From assembly GCF_963921235.1 (NCBI RefSeq), contig NC_086097.1, positions 159,094,001-159,158,000 on the forward strand: 64,000 nt of DNA. Reading direction: 5' to 3'. A model generated the notes under the pieces. That model was not told where the DNA came from. It was given only the letters and a program-made list of their open reading frames with translations, and made no database searches. The DNA comes from Mobula hypostoma (taxonomy: Eukaryota). The translations under genes were made by a program, and so were the position numbers. Below, in pieces: positions 26,066 through 40,019 of this stretch (its first letter is position 1; each line of letters starts with the position of its first letter).

Positions 26066-26719
26066 ATGAAATAACATTTTGCTCTGTCAATATTTACTAG
26101 TTACTCATAAAGTTCATGAAAAATATGAGAGTGCATGTTGTAATATTGAGTAGTGCCATTGGAGTCGCATATTACACAGAGGTGTGATAAATTCTTCTAA
26201 ATTGGACAGTTGGCTTCAGCACAGTAATTTCACTAAGGCTGAAGTGACAGAAGTGTGACTTTTTCTTTCCACCAAAACAGTAGGGGATTGTTCATTAAGA
26301 TTTCACTAAAACTGAACAATGGCGGTGTGAAGTTGTTATCCATTTAAACTGTGAAAAATGCAGAATGTGATCAGCACAGACCATGTCCTTCCAAAATTTT
26401 TAGAAAGACCATTTATATCAGTGCCATAACAAATGGAAGTAAATGTAGAAAGGAAACAGAAGGTGATTTTATTAAATGGAATGTTCGTGTCACTGGCACG
26501 GACAGCAGTGATTGCTCATTCTTAAGTGTTATTGAAATGACGAGTTTTATGGTTATTGAAAGTTAAGCTTCTCAGCTCCAGTAGTTCATCAGGGCAGTGA
26601 TCTAAGCCAACCATCTGAGTTTTCACCAACATCCTTCCTTCCATCGTAAGGGCAGAAATGGGAATGTCGGCTGATCATTGCAAAATGTTCACCTCCATTC
26701 ACAAGTCCTCAGCATTTGC

Positions 26720-27070
26720 CGCCATTTACCCCAAAACCTCAACCTCAATTGACTCCAACACCATCCCAACTACTAAAGTCAAGTTAACTGACCTACAAAT
26801 TCTTTTCTTCTGCCTCCCTCCCTTCTTGAAGAGTGGAGTGGCATTTGCAATTTTCCAATCCTCCAGAACCATGTTAGAATCTAGTGATTTTTGAAAGGAT
26901 ATTACTAATGTCTCCATAATCTCTTCAGCCACCCCCTTTAGAATCCTGGAGCACAGTCTCTCTTGTTTAGGTGACTTACCTACTTACAGACCTTTCAGCT
27001 TCCCAAGCACCTTCTCCGTAGTAACAGCAACTGCACTCACTTTTGACTCCTAACACTCTCGAATATCCGC
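26720..27070 (-). mobile_element. CR1 ORF2 internal fragment
   Basis: EDWKIANATPLFKKGGR. Confidence 0.75.
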
Positions 27071-27314
27071 AAAGCCAAATTATATCAGGATGGGTGGTTG
27101 TAAAATCTACTTCTCCATTCATTTAAATGCAGAGAAAAGGCTGAAAGAAACTAAGGTGAAACAAAGTAGACTTAAATTTGTTTTATTTGCCTGAGTTTAT
27201 TGAAGTGTTTTAGGTCCCTGAATGTTTAAAATAGTCATTAGTTATCTTAATGCTCTGATTTAATGTTTTGTGATATTTGAATGTTTTTGAAACATCCAGC
27301 TAGTGATCGCTTTA

Positions 27315-28762
27315 GACCATAAGACCATAAGACATAGGAGCAGAATTAGGCACTTCAGCTCATCGAGTCTGCTCTGCCATTCCATCATGGCTGATCCTGG
27401 ATCCTATTCAACCTCATACACCTACCTTCTCGCCATATCCTTTGATGCCCTGACCGATCTGGAAACCATCAATTTCCGCCATAACTATACCCATGGACTT
27501 GACTTCTACTGCAGTCTGTGGCAAAGCATTCCACAGATTTACTACTCTCTGGCTAAAAAATTCCTCCTTGCCTCTGTTCACCCCACAATTTTGAGGCTGT
27601 GCCCTTTAGTTCTGGATATCCCCACCATCGGAAACATCCTCTCCACATCCACCCTATCTCGTCCTTTCAATATTTGGTAGGTTTCAATGAGATCCCCAGC
27701 ATTCTTCTAAATTCCAGAGAGTACAGGCCCAAAGCTGCCAAATGCTTCTCATTAGTTAACCCCTTCATTCCCAGAATCATCCTTGTGAATCTCCTCTGGA
27801 CTCTGTCCAATGACATGGTGTCCTTTCTGAAATATGGGGCACAAAACTGTTGACAATACCCCAAATGCTGCCTGTCTAGTGTCTTATAAAAGCTCAGCTT
27901 TATCTCCTTGCTTTCATATTCTATACAACTTGAAATAAATGCCAATTTTGTATTTGCCTTCTTTACCACAGACTCAACATATAAATTAACCTTCTGGGAG
28001 TCTTGCATGAGGACTCCCATGTCCCTCTACACTTCTGGGGGTTGAAACTTCTCCCCATTTAGATAATAGTCTGCACTATTGTTTCTTTTACCAAAATGCA
28101 TTATCATACATATCCCAACACTGTATTCCATTTGCCACTTCTTGCCCATTCTTCCAATTTGTCTATGTCCTGCTGCAATCGCTTTGCTTCTTCAACACTA
28201 TCTACCCTTCCACTTATCTTCGTATCATCCGTAAACTTTGCCACAAAGCCATCAATTCCGTTATCTAAATCATCGACGAGCAATGTTAAAAGTAGTGGTC
28301 CCAATATTGACCCTGAGTAACACCACTAGTCACTGGCAGCCAACCAGAGAAGGCCCCTTTCATTCCCACTCGCTGCCTCCTGCCTGTCAGCCATTCCACT
28401 ATCCATGCCAGTTTACTTCCTGTAACACTGTAGGATTTCATCTTTTTAAGCAGCCTCATGTGTGGCACCTTATTAAATGCCTTCTGAAAATCCAAGTAAA
28501 TGACATCCACTGCCTCTGCTTTGTCCAGCATGCTTATTACTTCCTCAAAGACAGTTTTGTCACTTCCTCAAAGACAGTATTGTCAGGCAACATTTCCGTT
28601 TTACAGAAACCATGCTGACTTTGACTTATTTTTATCATTAGTCTCCAAGTGTCTCAAAATCTCATCCTTAATAATAGACTCCAACACTTTCCCAACAACT
28701 GAGGTTGGGCAAACTGGCCTATAATTTCCTTTCCGTCTTCTTAAAGAGTGGAGTGCCATTTG
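27315..28762 (-). mobile_element. CR1 ORF2 RT to 3' end, decayed
   Basis: YLDFQKAFNKVPH, SGVTQG, KFTDDTK, LGLYSLEFRRM; CCATAAGA tail. Confidence 0.88.
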
Positions 28763-29559
28763 TTTTGACAGCCAGTTTAATGTTAAACGACTTTTTCAGC
28801 TGTTTTATGGGTGAGATTCATCCTGATTTATACTGTAATTTAGTCACATTAGGCAAGGCCCTGTAGCTTTTTTGTGCTTTTCTGTAGGAGATAGTCAGTC
28901 TTACACTTAGGTTTCCTTAGGAGAATTTACACAGGTTAAGTTCATCCAGCCAGTACAGGTAGCTCACCTACTACAAATTCTTGGCCTATCTTACTCTTCT
29001 GAAATTTGGCTTTGAATCCTATTCAGAATAGTCATTAACTCTGTAAAGTTAAACAGGCTATCTTTAATTCACATTGTAAGTGCAAACTACAAAACTTTCT
29101 GTCACCAATATACACACCCTTCTCAACCACAGTAAAGCCTTTAATTCCAGAGTTAATCTTAGTTCGGTTCTGTGTCAACTAAGGTCTGTTAACACTCAGG
29201 ACTTTTTCCACTCTTTTGTGCTGCAAAGCCTCACCTCACCTCCATCAATGTGGAAGCAACTTTGAGGAAAAATAGATAACCTAACCTAGTTCAGCCTACT
29301 TCATCTCCATTCTAGAACAATGACCAACCAATTTGAGAATCAGAGTTGTGGAATGTTGATGGGCTTGAGTTTACAGATATATTGAGACCAAGTTCCAAGC
29401 CTCAGTTGTCATAAATATGGATGAAGAGATTTACTATCAGTTTCATCTTTCCAGTGTGCCATTTAGTCAACTGGGGGAAAGGAGATTTGGAGATCTAGAC
29501 TCAAACCCAGCTCAGAACTCCTGGCCTACTAAGCAGCAGTATTCCTATTTTCTTGGCTG

Positions 29560-30645
29560 CTTCTGAGACTTCGACTACTTTTTGACTAACGTCCTGGTGG
29601 GAAGGTATGCTAGTGCTGCCTGGGTGATGTGGGGTGTGTGTGTTTAAGTTACAATTGCAAGAGCTTAGAAACCAGAGCGCCAGGACAGATAATTGAGTAG
29701 TTATGGGAAAGATGTTGTTAAGCCTAAATGGGAAAGGTCGAACATGATCTGAGCTGTGGATATTTTAATGCAAGGAGTATTGGAGAAAAAGCAGATGAGC
29801 TTAGGGCATGGATTAGCATATTGAGTTATGACATTGTAACCATTAGTGACACTTGGTTGCAGGATGAGCAGGTCTGGCAACTCAATGTTCCAGGGTTCTG
29901 TTCTTTTAGACATGATAGAGTGCAAAGGATTAAAGGAGGTGGAGTGGCTAGTCATGGCTGTGCTTAGGACAGATGGGAGAGCTTGTCAAGTGAGGGTTTA
30001 TGGGTAAAACAGGAATGAAAAATGTATGACCACATTAATGGAATTATATTATAAACCACCGAACAGTCCTTGGGATTTAGAGGAACAAATTTGAAGAAAG
30101 ATTTCAGGTTGTTGCAAGAAACATAAAGTTGTGACAGTAGGTGATTTTAACTTCCCACATATTGACTGTGACCCTCATACTGTAAATGGGTTGGATGGGT
30201 AAGAGTTTGTCAAATGAGTTCAGGAAAGTTTCCTCAATCAGTACATGGTACTCCCAACTAGGGAGAGTGTGATACTAGATATCCTATTAGGGAATAAGAC
30301 AATGCGGTTGAAGGAAGTTTGTGTAGAGGAGCACTTTGCATCTAGTGATCATAATGCCATTAGTTTCAAGGTAGTTATGGTGAAGGATAGGTCTCGTCCT
30401 TGGGTTGGGATTCTAACTTGGAGAAGGGCCAATTTTGGTGGTATTATAATGAACCTGGCAAGTGTGGAATGGAACAGGTTGTTTTGCTAGCAAGGGAATA
30501 CTTAGTAAGTGAGAGTCCTTCAAAAGTGAAATTTTGAGAGTACAGAATTTATATGTTCTTTCAGAATAAGAGGCAAGGATAACAGGTTTAGGGAACCTTG
30601 GTTTTCAAGAGATATTGTGGCCATGGTTAAGCAAAAGAATGAGGT
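29560..30645 (+). mobile_element. CR1 ORF1 end and ORF2 endonuclease region, decayed
   Basis: YFNARSI..ISDTWL..GGGVA; GDFNFP; SDHN. Confidence 0.8.
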
Positions 30646-30945
30646 GCCCCTCCCTCTTTTCTTTCTTTCATGACCTTCTATCTTGATCTGTCAGATTCCC
30701 CCTTCTCCAGCCCTGTATCTCTTTCACTAATCAACTTCCCAGCTCCCTACTTACCTCCCCCCACTCCCAGGTTCACCTATCACTTTGCGTTTCTTCCTCC
30801 CCTCCCTCCACCTTCTTACTCTGATACCTCATTTTTTTCTCCCATCCTGATGAAGGGTCTCGGCCCAAAAAGTCAACTGTAATCTTTTCCATTGATTCTG
30901 CCTGGCCTGCTCAGTTTCTCCAACATGTTTTGTGTGTTGCTTGGA
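30646..30945 (+). mobile_element. Penelope family A pLTR with mutated hammerhead
   Basis: Pyrimidine-rich tract, then CTGATGAAGGGTCTCGGCCC-AAAA-AGTC at 30847 (GAAA mutated). Confidence 0.75.
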
Positions 30946-30974
30946 GAATTTAATTAAATAACTTTGAAATTAAA

Positions 30975-31147
30975 AGGCTCCTGAGTTTGAATCCAGCCAG
31001 CTCCCTTGCACTTTTTCCATCCGTGCTGGGTTGAGCGTTGAGCTAGCAACTCGGCCTTGTAAAAATAAGAAAGCCTGCTAAAAAAAAAGTCCGTCATGAC
31101 AGTGTCCCGATGACTGCACTCGGAGTTAAGGGCTTTCTTCTTCTTCA
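30975..31147 (+). mobile_element. Probable RTE-related SINE
   Basis: B-box-like GAGTTTGAATCC, GGGTTGAGCGTTGAGCTAGCAACTCGGCC motif, (TTC)n tail. Confidence 0.45.
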
Positions 31148-31689
31148 ACTCCTGTGATGGAATAAAACAACAGCACAGCTATACTTTGTATCTGTCTGGA
31201 GCTCTACTTGACCTTTATAAAACTAGGAGGAAAATAGTCACAGAGGCAGAACATTGATTATTTTTCTGTATGATTACGATTTCTTATTGTGTATATTTTT
31301 CTTGAAAACTCTACCTTATTTATTGTAGTTTTATTCAGCATAACATTGAGTTGATTATGATCCATTTGTCCAGCAACACTTTCTGTTCCTGGATGGAAGT
31401 ATTGACTTGATTCCAACAAGTGAATCCACTTACAAATGTGAATTCCTACATGGTCCACTTTCTTATTACATTGAATATATATATTGAATTTTATTCTAGA
31501 AAGACTAAAGACAGGAAGGATGAAAAGATTAAAGCAATGCTTTGCATTGTGACTCTTGTTTTTTTATTGTCAATGAACTGATTTTGATGATTCTTCATTT
31601 TTTCCACCACTGTCACCCTTTTCAAAGTATGGCTGCAACTGCTGAAATGAGAGCTTTGCTTGTATCATACACCAGGGTTCTCTCTTGAG

Positions 31690-32420
31690 TTACCTGATGA
31701 GGTAACTATAGCCTTCAACCAGGAGCAGATGCTGTCAGGTGGTGCCCAACCTTCATAGACTGTCTTGTCACTTAACTGCTACACTCTCCAGTTGGCAGGT
31801 TAGCAGTGGTGGCAAAATCACTGCCTATCTGCTCCTGACTTCCAGCTCAACTCCTCTCACCTGCTCTATATCCAGCAAGAGGCTCTTTCGGCTTCCTCCC
31901 CCATCCTGTTCTTATTCTTTTTATCAAGACCCAGCGTCGCCTTGCCAGGAACCCTCTACAGCCAATCTCCATGGGGAATAGTCATATCTGTCATCCTTTA
32001 TCCCTGCACTTCTGGACTAAGGACTGAACCTCATTGCATCCTTCCTCCCCATGGTACTGTGAGCTCCACCGTGATGATTTTCTTGTCTTCAGTGGACCAC
32101 AGTATGATGTCTAGAAGTGTGGTTTTCATCACCTCCAGGAACTGCAGCTTCCTCCCCACATCAACCCTTGTCTCCCATGATTTGACAGTTTGCAGCAGAT
32201 TGGATTTAGGCCTCTCTGATATGACTGGCGTGTCCCTCTCATTGTTGAAAATGACTGCCCTGTTTGCCTCTCTGCCAGCTGGTCTCTTTTCACACCTCTC
32301 CCGCACCAGTGTGACAGCAAGGGCCTTGTCGTGGCATCTCCTATATGGTCCTTGTGTTAAAAGCGGTTTTGCGTCCTGTAAAATCTTATTTTGCAGCTGT
32401 GTTAAGAAAGGCATACCACC
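31690..32420 (-). mobile_element. HERO-like non-LTR retrotransposon 3' fragment (restriction-like endonuclease)
   Basis: LTQGPYRRCHDKAL..LDIILWSTEDKKIITVELTVPW..FPMEIGCRGF matches RLE motifs (RHD, PD, ELTVPWE, VEVGCRG). Confidence 0.75.
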
Positions 32421-33099
32421 ATAATGTGATATTTTGTCTCAAGTCTTGCGTTAATATGGTAAGAAGCTAGCCCATCAGCCTGCCGATCAAGTCCCATTCA
32501 TCTGCATTTGCCTTTTAAACCTTTCCTATTCGTGTACCGGTTCAAGTCTCTTTTAAATGTTATTGTGTCTGCTTCAATCACTGCCTCTGGCAGCCCCTTC
32601 CATTTATGCAATAGAGTTTCTATATCTTTCTAAATCTTCTTCCCTCCCTTTAGACCCGTGATCTCCAGTTTTTGATTCCCTGTTCTTGGGAATAAAGACT
32701 GAATAGATTCAGCCTATCCCTGCCCCTGAGTTTTTATTCACCTCTGTAAGGCCAATGACCGTATAGAATGAAGGAGTTTTACCTATTAGCGGAATAAGAC
32801 TGATATGCATTACTTACAGTATGTGCTCAATGTCTCAATAGCAGTCCATGAGCTGGGAAGATAAAATGCAGAATTTTGAACTCATTGAGACAGTAGCTTC
32901 CAGAATGTACTAGCTAAATCATTGTTCTTTTTACTATGATGCACGCCAGAGTAGAAACTTGTCATATATTGCAAATGCTAAATGTAGAATGGTGGACTAT
33001 ATGCACATTGAACTGTACTCCTGAACTTCAAATCAATGAGTCAATGTGACTAAATCTCAGAAGCAGAGTTCAAGGTACCTGTATCTCTTTGCTGTGCTT

Positions 33100-33560
33100 T
33101 TAGTACATAAAGGAAATGACCAGCTGCTAGACCATTTGCAACTAAAAAAGCTATAAGAACGGAAAAGATTAAATATGAGGGCAGACTAGCCAATAATATA
33201 AAGCAGGATACCACAAGTTTTTTCAGTTATATAAAAGGTAAAAGGGAGGTGAGAGTTGATATTAGTCCATTGGAAAATGATGCTGATGAGGTAGGAATGG
33301 GGGCAAAGAAATGACAGGTGAACTTAATGGGTACTTTGCATCAGTCTTCACTGTGGAAGACACTAGCAGTCTAGTGGGGCCAAGTTCGTGCGTATATTTA
33401 AGGCGGAAATTGATTGTTTCCTGATTGGTCAGGGCATCAAAGGATATGGCGAGAAGGCAGGTGTATGGGGCGGAGTGGGATCCCAGATCAGCCATGTTGG
33501 AATGGTGGAACAGAATCAATGGGCTGAATGGCCTAATTCTGCTCCTACGTCTTATGGTTT
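33100..33560 (+). mobile_element. CR1 with large internal deletion
   Basis: ORF2 linker (TACTTTGCATCAGTCTTCACTGTGGAAGAC) joined at ~33372 to the 3' UTR/tail. Confidence 0.7.
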
Positions 33561-35699
33561 TAAGTATTTGAGGAAATTAACTAGTTACAGCAAATTTTTT
33601 GCTGCTCACAAATGTGATTAAGAGAACAATTTTTTTATTAGTTTTATTTTATAACTATCACATGATTACTCCTCAAAACAAGAATTTTTAATAAGGTTCT
33701 CTGGAGCCCCAGACATCGCATAACCTGTTTGATGAATGGATTCATAAAAAAATACACTGCACCTTTAGGTAATTCCACTGGTGTTCTCTTGGCTGCTATT
33801 TAGTAGTCATAGAATCACACAACATGGAAATAGGCCCTTTGGCTCAAAGCTGACATCTAAGCTAGACCGATTTGCCCATGTTTGGCCCATATCCCTCAAC
33901 CTTTCTTTGTCAATGTACATGTACAAATACCTTTTAAATCTACCTTTCTCCAGGAGCTCATTCTATATATGACCACCTTCCATGTGAAAAAGTTTCCCCT
34001 AAGGCTCCTACTAAATCATTCCCCTCTCATATTAAACCTGTGCCCTCTAGTTCTTGATTCTTCAACCCTAGGGAAAAATGCCATGCACGCTCACCCTATC
34101 TGTCTTTTTCTTTCCTTGAAAATTAAATTCTGATGTAAGTATTGAAGTGCATGCCTAGCATACCCTGCATGCTCCATAAAATGAATGAAACCTGAAGCTC
34201 CATCTGAGCCAGCCCAGTCAGAAGTATCTTGCAATGCTCACCTGAATATATTACCAGTTTCTGGGACTTAAGTTTGCAGAGTACTTCCTTATAAGTGATT
34301 CTGGGTATAATACATTCAGTGGGTATAACACAGTGCCATTATTTGCGCTGATTTAGCTAAATGCACCAGATTACACTATTGTAAGTGGCAGGAAGGAACA
34401 GAAACTCTTGCTTCTGATTAGCAATTCATTTTGCAGGATATTTTGTTCATTTTGTTTCCTGAAATGGAGTGCTGATAATATCAACAGGGAAATCTAATTT
34501 GGAAAGAGTTGCTGAATCTGGCTATGCTAGAGGTGCTTGAAGGCGCGCACATGGGACTGAAGCTACAAATGGCCTATAATTTAATCTTGACTAATGATTA
34601 GAGGGGAAAGGGTCTGTAAGCTATTACTTCAACCATGGTACAATCCAGATGATTACTAATCTCCTATTTATGAACTGGGCCAAAACTGATGATGGATAAC
34701 AGTGTCAAATTGGAAAATTGGGAAAAAATGTTAACTCCACTATCCTACAAATTGGATGGTCATTAATTTAAATAATCCCTTATTGCATATTGGAGAGTTT
34801 TATCAGTTTCATATCATTTAGAATCCCAACAATATGCCAACATCTTTAGTTTTGGGCATTTTAATTAATTAGTACAATGAAAGTAATTTTATACTAAATG
34901 CTTTTAATAAAGCTCCTTTGGACTTTAAGTTCAGAAATTATATTTCATTTTAACTGATAATGTGAGCACTGACTTATTTTTTAAAATGAGCTGCACTGTT
35001 TTATTTATTATTTCCAATTTCCTGCTCCCCTTTCATGAGTGTGGTGCTTTCTGATATGTGTGTATTTCCCTGGAGCAACACACCGAGCATTAATGTCAAC
35101 CAGTGTTGCAATAATTAGATCCTTTGCTATACAGTCAATACACTTTCTCACCTAAAATTGAAGTGGATTTCACTCATTAATTTACAGAAATGTGTTCTAT
35201 TTCTTCTCTTGAATGAAAAATGAAAACAAGTAAATCAAACAGGTTTAAATTATGCAAATTATAAATATGGATGGACCAGGTATCACTGACACTGAAATCT
35301 AGAGCCAAATACAAAAACTGCTGAGCTTCTGCAGACTGAGCAACATCTGAACCCGGGGGATAGGGGATGAGGGTGGTGGTGCTGGGATTGAAAGGTGAAG
35401 GTGGTGGAAAAATTGTCAATGCTTTGGGTTGTCCCGCTGTGTCTCTCCAGCAGTTTGTTTTTGTTTGCTCATTATAAATGAGACTTTAGTAATTGTAGAC
35501 AAAAGTGGCCTTCACATAATAGGCATTGCTGCAGGGTGGGAGCCATTTGAAAAGAGCAAGTCTCATCAGGATTGACTCATTGTTTGAAGTAGGAAGTGAG
35601 AGAGCATATCACTGCAGGGCACAAGCCATTTGAAAAGTGCAAGTGTCATTGAGAGTGAGTTTTATTTGAGCCAATAAAAAGAAATGAGGTGTCAGCAGT

Positions 35700-36380
35700 G
35701 CGGCCACTGTGAGGTGAGGTGACAATTTACCTGTGAGTCTGTTAGGTTCATAGACTGTGTTCCGTGCTCCCCGTGTGGCCTCTTGTATATCGCTGAGACC
35801 GGACGTAGATTAGGAGACCGCTTCGCCAAACATCTCTGCTCCATCCACCAGAACAAATGGAATCTCCCAGTGGCCACCCATTTTAATTCCACTTCCCATT
35901 CCCAGTCAGGTATGTCCATCTATGGCCTCATCCACTGTTGGGATAAGGCCACACTTAGATTGGAGGAACAACACCTTATATACCGTTTGGGTAGCCTCCA
36001 ACCTGATGGCATGAACATCGATTTCTCAAACTTCCAGTAAGGCCTCCAACCTGCACCGCCCCTCCTACCATTTCTCACCCTCTCTCCCTCTCTCATGTTA
36101 TCTCCTTTCCTGCCCATTGCCTCCCTCTGGTGCTCCTCTCCCATGCCCCCCCCTTCTTTCTTCCATGGCCTTCTGTCCCTTTCACCAATCAGATTTCTAG
36201 CTCTTTGCTTCATCCCTTCCCCTCCAAGTTTCACTCTCCCCTCCCCCCACCTTTCAAATCTACTCCTCAGCTTTTTTCTCCAGTCCTGCCGAAGGGCTTT
36301 GTTCTGAAATGTTGACTGTACTTTTTTTCCATAGATGCTGCCTGGCCTGCTGAGTTCCTCCAGCATTTTGTGTGTGTTCC
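35700..36380 (+). mobile_element. Penelope family A: GIY-YIG endonuclease C-terminus and pLTR
   Basis: YIAETGRRLGDRFAKH..PVATHFN..EEQHLIYRLGSLQPDGMNIDF; decayed hammerhead CTGCCGA..GAAATGTTGACTG at 36286. Confidence 0.85.
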
Positions 36381-36394
36381 TTAAATTGTAAGGT

Positions 36395-38585
36395 AGTTAT
36401 AGATAAAGATAAGTATGGTTCTTGAGGAATAGTATTAAATTGGAAGGACTAAGGAGAGTTAATTGGGAACAGCTGTTTTTGAACACGTCCACATCCGACA
36501 TGTGGAGGGTGTTTAAAGGCCAACTACACAGAGTACAAGACAGGTATGTTTGAGTCAGAAGGAAGGACAAAGATGTCAAGATAGGAGAATCTTTGATTTT
36601 GAGAGAGGTGATAAATTTAGTCAAGAAGAAAAAGGAAAAGTATGTAAATCTTAGGAAGCTAGAATCAAGCAGAGCCCTTGGGGCTATAAAGAAGCCAGAA
36701 AAAAACTCAGCAAGGGAGTTAGGAAAACCAGAAGAGGCTATGAAAAGTACTTGGCAAATAGGATCAAAGACAATCCCAAGATTGTCTATAGATACATCAA
36801 GGCAGATAACTCTGCCTTGGTATAACCTCTCAACGATAAAGGGGGGTATATTTGCTTAAATGTGATGGATGTTGATAAGGTCCTTAAAACTGAGGTACTT
36901 TACATCAGTACTTACTAAAAAAAAAGATATAGAGGACAGAGAGCAGCGTCAAGAGTATTATATGCTTGGGCATTTCAAAGTAAAGAAAGATAGGGTGTTG
37001 GGTCTCTTAAAGAGTGTTAAGGTGGATAAGTCACAGGGCCTGATGATATATGCCCCAGGTTATTGAGATAGGCAAGGGAAGAGATTTCTGCAGCCTTGAC
37101 CAATATCTTTGTGCCCTCTGTAGCCGTAGGAAATGTTCCAGAAGACAGGCAGGTAGCTAATGCTGTCCCATTGTTCAAGAAGGGAACCAGGGATAATACG
37201 GAAAGAATGGAGTGGTGTGTCACATATCAGTGGGAGGGAAGTCACTGGAGAAAATTCTTAGGGATAGGATTCACGAGCATTTGGAAAACCATGGCCTAAT
37301 TAGGGAGAGCCAGAATGGCTTTGTGTGGAGCAAGTATTGTCATACTAACCTGACTGAACTTTTTGACGAAGTGACATGGGTGATTAATGAAGGTAGCACT
37401 GTGGATATTGTCTACATGGATTTTAGTAAAGCATTTGACAAGGTCCCTCATGGGAAGCTCCTCCAGAAAAGTAAGATGCATGGGATCCATGGTGAATCGG
37501 CGATTTGGATTCAGAACTGACTTGCTCATAGAAGACAGAGAGTAGGGGTCAAAGGGAATTATTCCAGCTGGAGGTCTGTGATTAGTGGTGTTCTGCAGGG
37601 GTCTGTACTTGGACATTTGCTATTTGTGATGTATATAAATAACCTGGATGAAAATGTAGATGGGTGGGTTAGTACATTTGCAGATGAAATGAAGATTGCT
37701 ATCCACAGCACTACCATAGATGAATGGTAAATAATACAGATTATTTACAGATATGGGTGGAGAAATGGCAGATGGAGTTTAACCCTATCAAATGTGAAGT
37801 TTTGCACCCTGGCACGTCAAAAATAAAAGGGCAATACACTGTTAATGGCAAGATCCTAGAAGTGGTGATGAGCAGAGGGATTTTGAGGTCCAAGTTCACA
37901 GTTTGCTGAAAGTGGCTACATAGGTTGATAGGTGGTTAAGAAGGCAAATGGCATGCTTGCCTTTATTAGTTGAGGCACTGAGTTGAAGTATCAGGAGGTT
38001 ATGTTGCAGCTTTCTAAAAGTCCAGTTAGGCTGCATCTAGAATATTGCATACAGTTGTTGTCTCCCCTTTATGGGAAGGATGTCGAGGCGATGGTACAGA
38101 AGAGGTTTATTAGGATTCTGCCTGGATTACAGGGCATATGATATAATGAGAGTTTGGATAAACTTTTAGTTGTTTCTCTGGAGCAGCAGAGACTGAAGGG
38201 GGGATGGACAGAAGTTTATGAGATTATGAGAGGCATAAATAGAGTAGACAAACAGTATCTTTTTCTCATGATTGAAACATCTAGTACCAGAGGGCATCCA
38301 TTTAAAACGAGAGAGGATAATTTCAAAGGGGATATGAGGGGCAAGTTATTTTGCACAGAGAGTGGCGGGTGCCTGGAAGGCACTGCCTTGGGTGGTGATA
38401 GAGGCCGATATATTAGGTACTTTTACAAGATGTTTAGATAGGCAGGTAAATGTGAGGAAAACCAAAGGATAAGGACATTGTGTGGGCATAAGGGATTAGA
38501 TTAATTGGCCATTTGATTGTTAATTTATTTTATTTGGCACAACATTGTGGGCTATTGTGCTACTATTCCGTGTTCTATTTTCTAA
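36395..38585 (+). mobile_element. CR1 ORF2 (~2.2 kb), decayed
   Basis: ANAVPLFKKG, YMDFSKAFDKVPH, WQMEFN, SLEQQRLKG. Confidence 0.88.
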
Positions 38586-38895
38586 GAACAATTTCTGATT
38601 TCAATGGCATCTGCTAATATCTTATGAGTAGAGGAGACTACTCTTCCTCCACCAATTGAATCAAGCTTCTGGAATTCACCTCTGCAGTTGATGGTTGGAT
38701 AACATTTTATCTTAAATTAAATAATTGTTCACTTAGGTGCATCTTATGATCACCTTAATTGGCTTGTTAATAACAATACAGCAAGTTTCAAATCTAAAAT
38801 CTATTTTAATATGTGGTTAATTGGTCATTGTAATTTATCCCGGTTATTAGAATTAGATCAGTGTTGTTGGGGATTGCTGGGGCGGTGTGGCTTAA

Positions 38896-39368
38896 TCATA
38901 GTCATAGTCGTAGTCATACTTTATTGATCCCGGGGGAAATTGGTTTTCGTTACAGTTGCACCATAAATAATTAAATAGTAATATGTAAATTATGACAGGA
39001 AATAAGTCCAGGACCAGCCTATTGGCTCAGGGTGTCCGTGGAGTTGTAAAGTTTGATGGCCACAGGCAGGAATGACTTCCTATGACGCTCTGTGTTGCAT
39101 CTCAGTGGAACTAATCTCTGGCTGAATGTACTCCTGTGCCCAACCAGTACATTATGTAGTGGATGGGAGACATTGTCCAAGATGTCATGCAACTTGGACA
39201 GCATCTTCTTTTCAGACACCACCGTCAGAGAGTCCAGTTCCATCCCCACAACATCACTGGCCTTAAGAATGAGTTTGTTGATTCTGTTGGTGTCTGCTAC
39301 CCTCAGCCTGCTGCCCCAGCACACAACAGCAAACATGATCGCACTGGCCACCACAGACTCGTAGAAGA
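38896..39368 (-). mobile_element. Young Rex1-type LINE 3' end inside a V-SINE tail remnant
   Basis: FYESVVASAIMFAVVCWG..SFLPVAIKLYN; flanks 38815-38895 and 39371-39415 resemble 23495-23605. Confidence 0.85.
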
Positions 39369-40019
39369 CATACTCCACGCTGTATTGCTAAATAGAGTAA
39401 AATAAAATAAAAAATTACAACAAATGCCTATTTTATTACTGCCATTTCACATTCTAATCAATCTGACAAACTAAGATGCCATTTAATTTGGAATGTCATT
39501 GCTATACATTATTTCCAGCTTTTAAGATATTAATAAATAGTAAATGCAACAAGTTATATTTTGATATTATTTGCCAATTGAAGAAATTTGCATTAGAAGC
39601 CTGATGAACGAAGAAATTAAATTAGAGCTCTCTCATTTAATTAATCAGTGTTTATCATTATATCCAGGAAATTAAACAGACGTAACTGATCTTTCTTTGG
39701 AATTTTCCTTCTTATTATTATCTCAAGAGTTTATAAGTATATTTAATCAGAATATATCAGTGTTCGGCTTCCTTTTTGTGTATGTTGGTCCTGAATTTTT
39801 CGGCAGATTAACCTAAAAGAAATGTCATCTTTTCCTGTATTAATTTTACAGAAAACGGAAAGGTAACTTGTGAGGTGTGAATCAGCATTTTTTCTGGCTC
39901 ATTGGTGTTTCTCCTATTCTTTTCAGTTTGACAGTATGCTACAGCTTATTTTCTTAAAGTCAATTTGATTCAACCCACTCCTCCATTAGCCTTGCAGGAA
40001 CACCAAATCACCCTTGACC

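Noticed and set aside
28539..28584. 23-bp tandem duplication inside a CR1 (similar short duplications at ~15343-15404 and ~11194-11225)
   Set aside because: Two-copy slippage duplications; there is no array or spacer structure.
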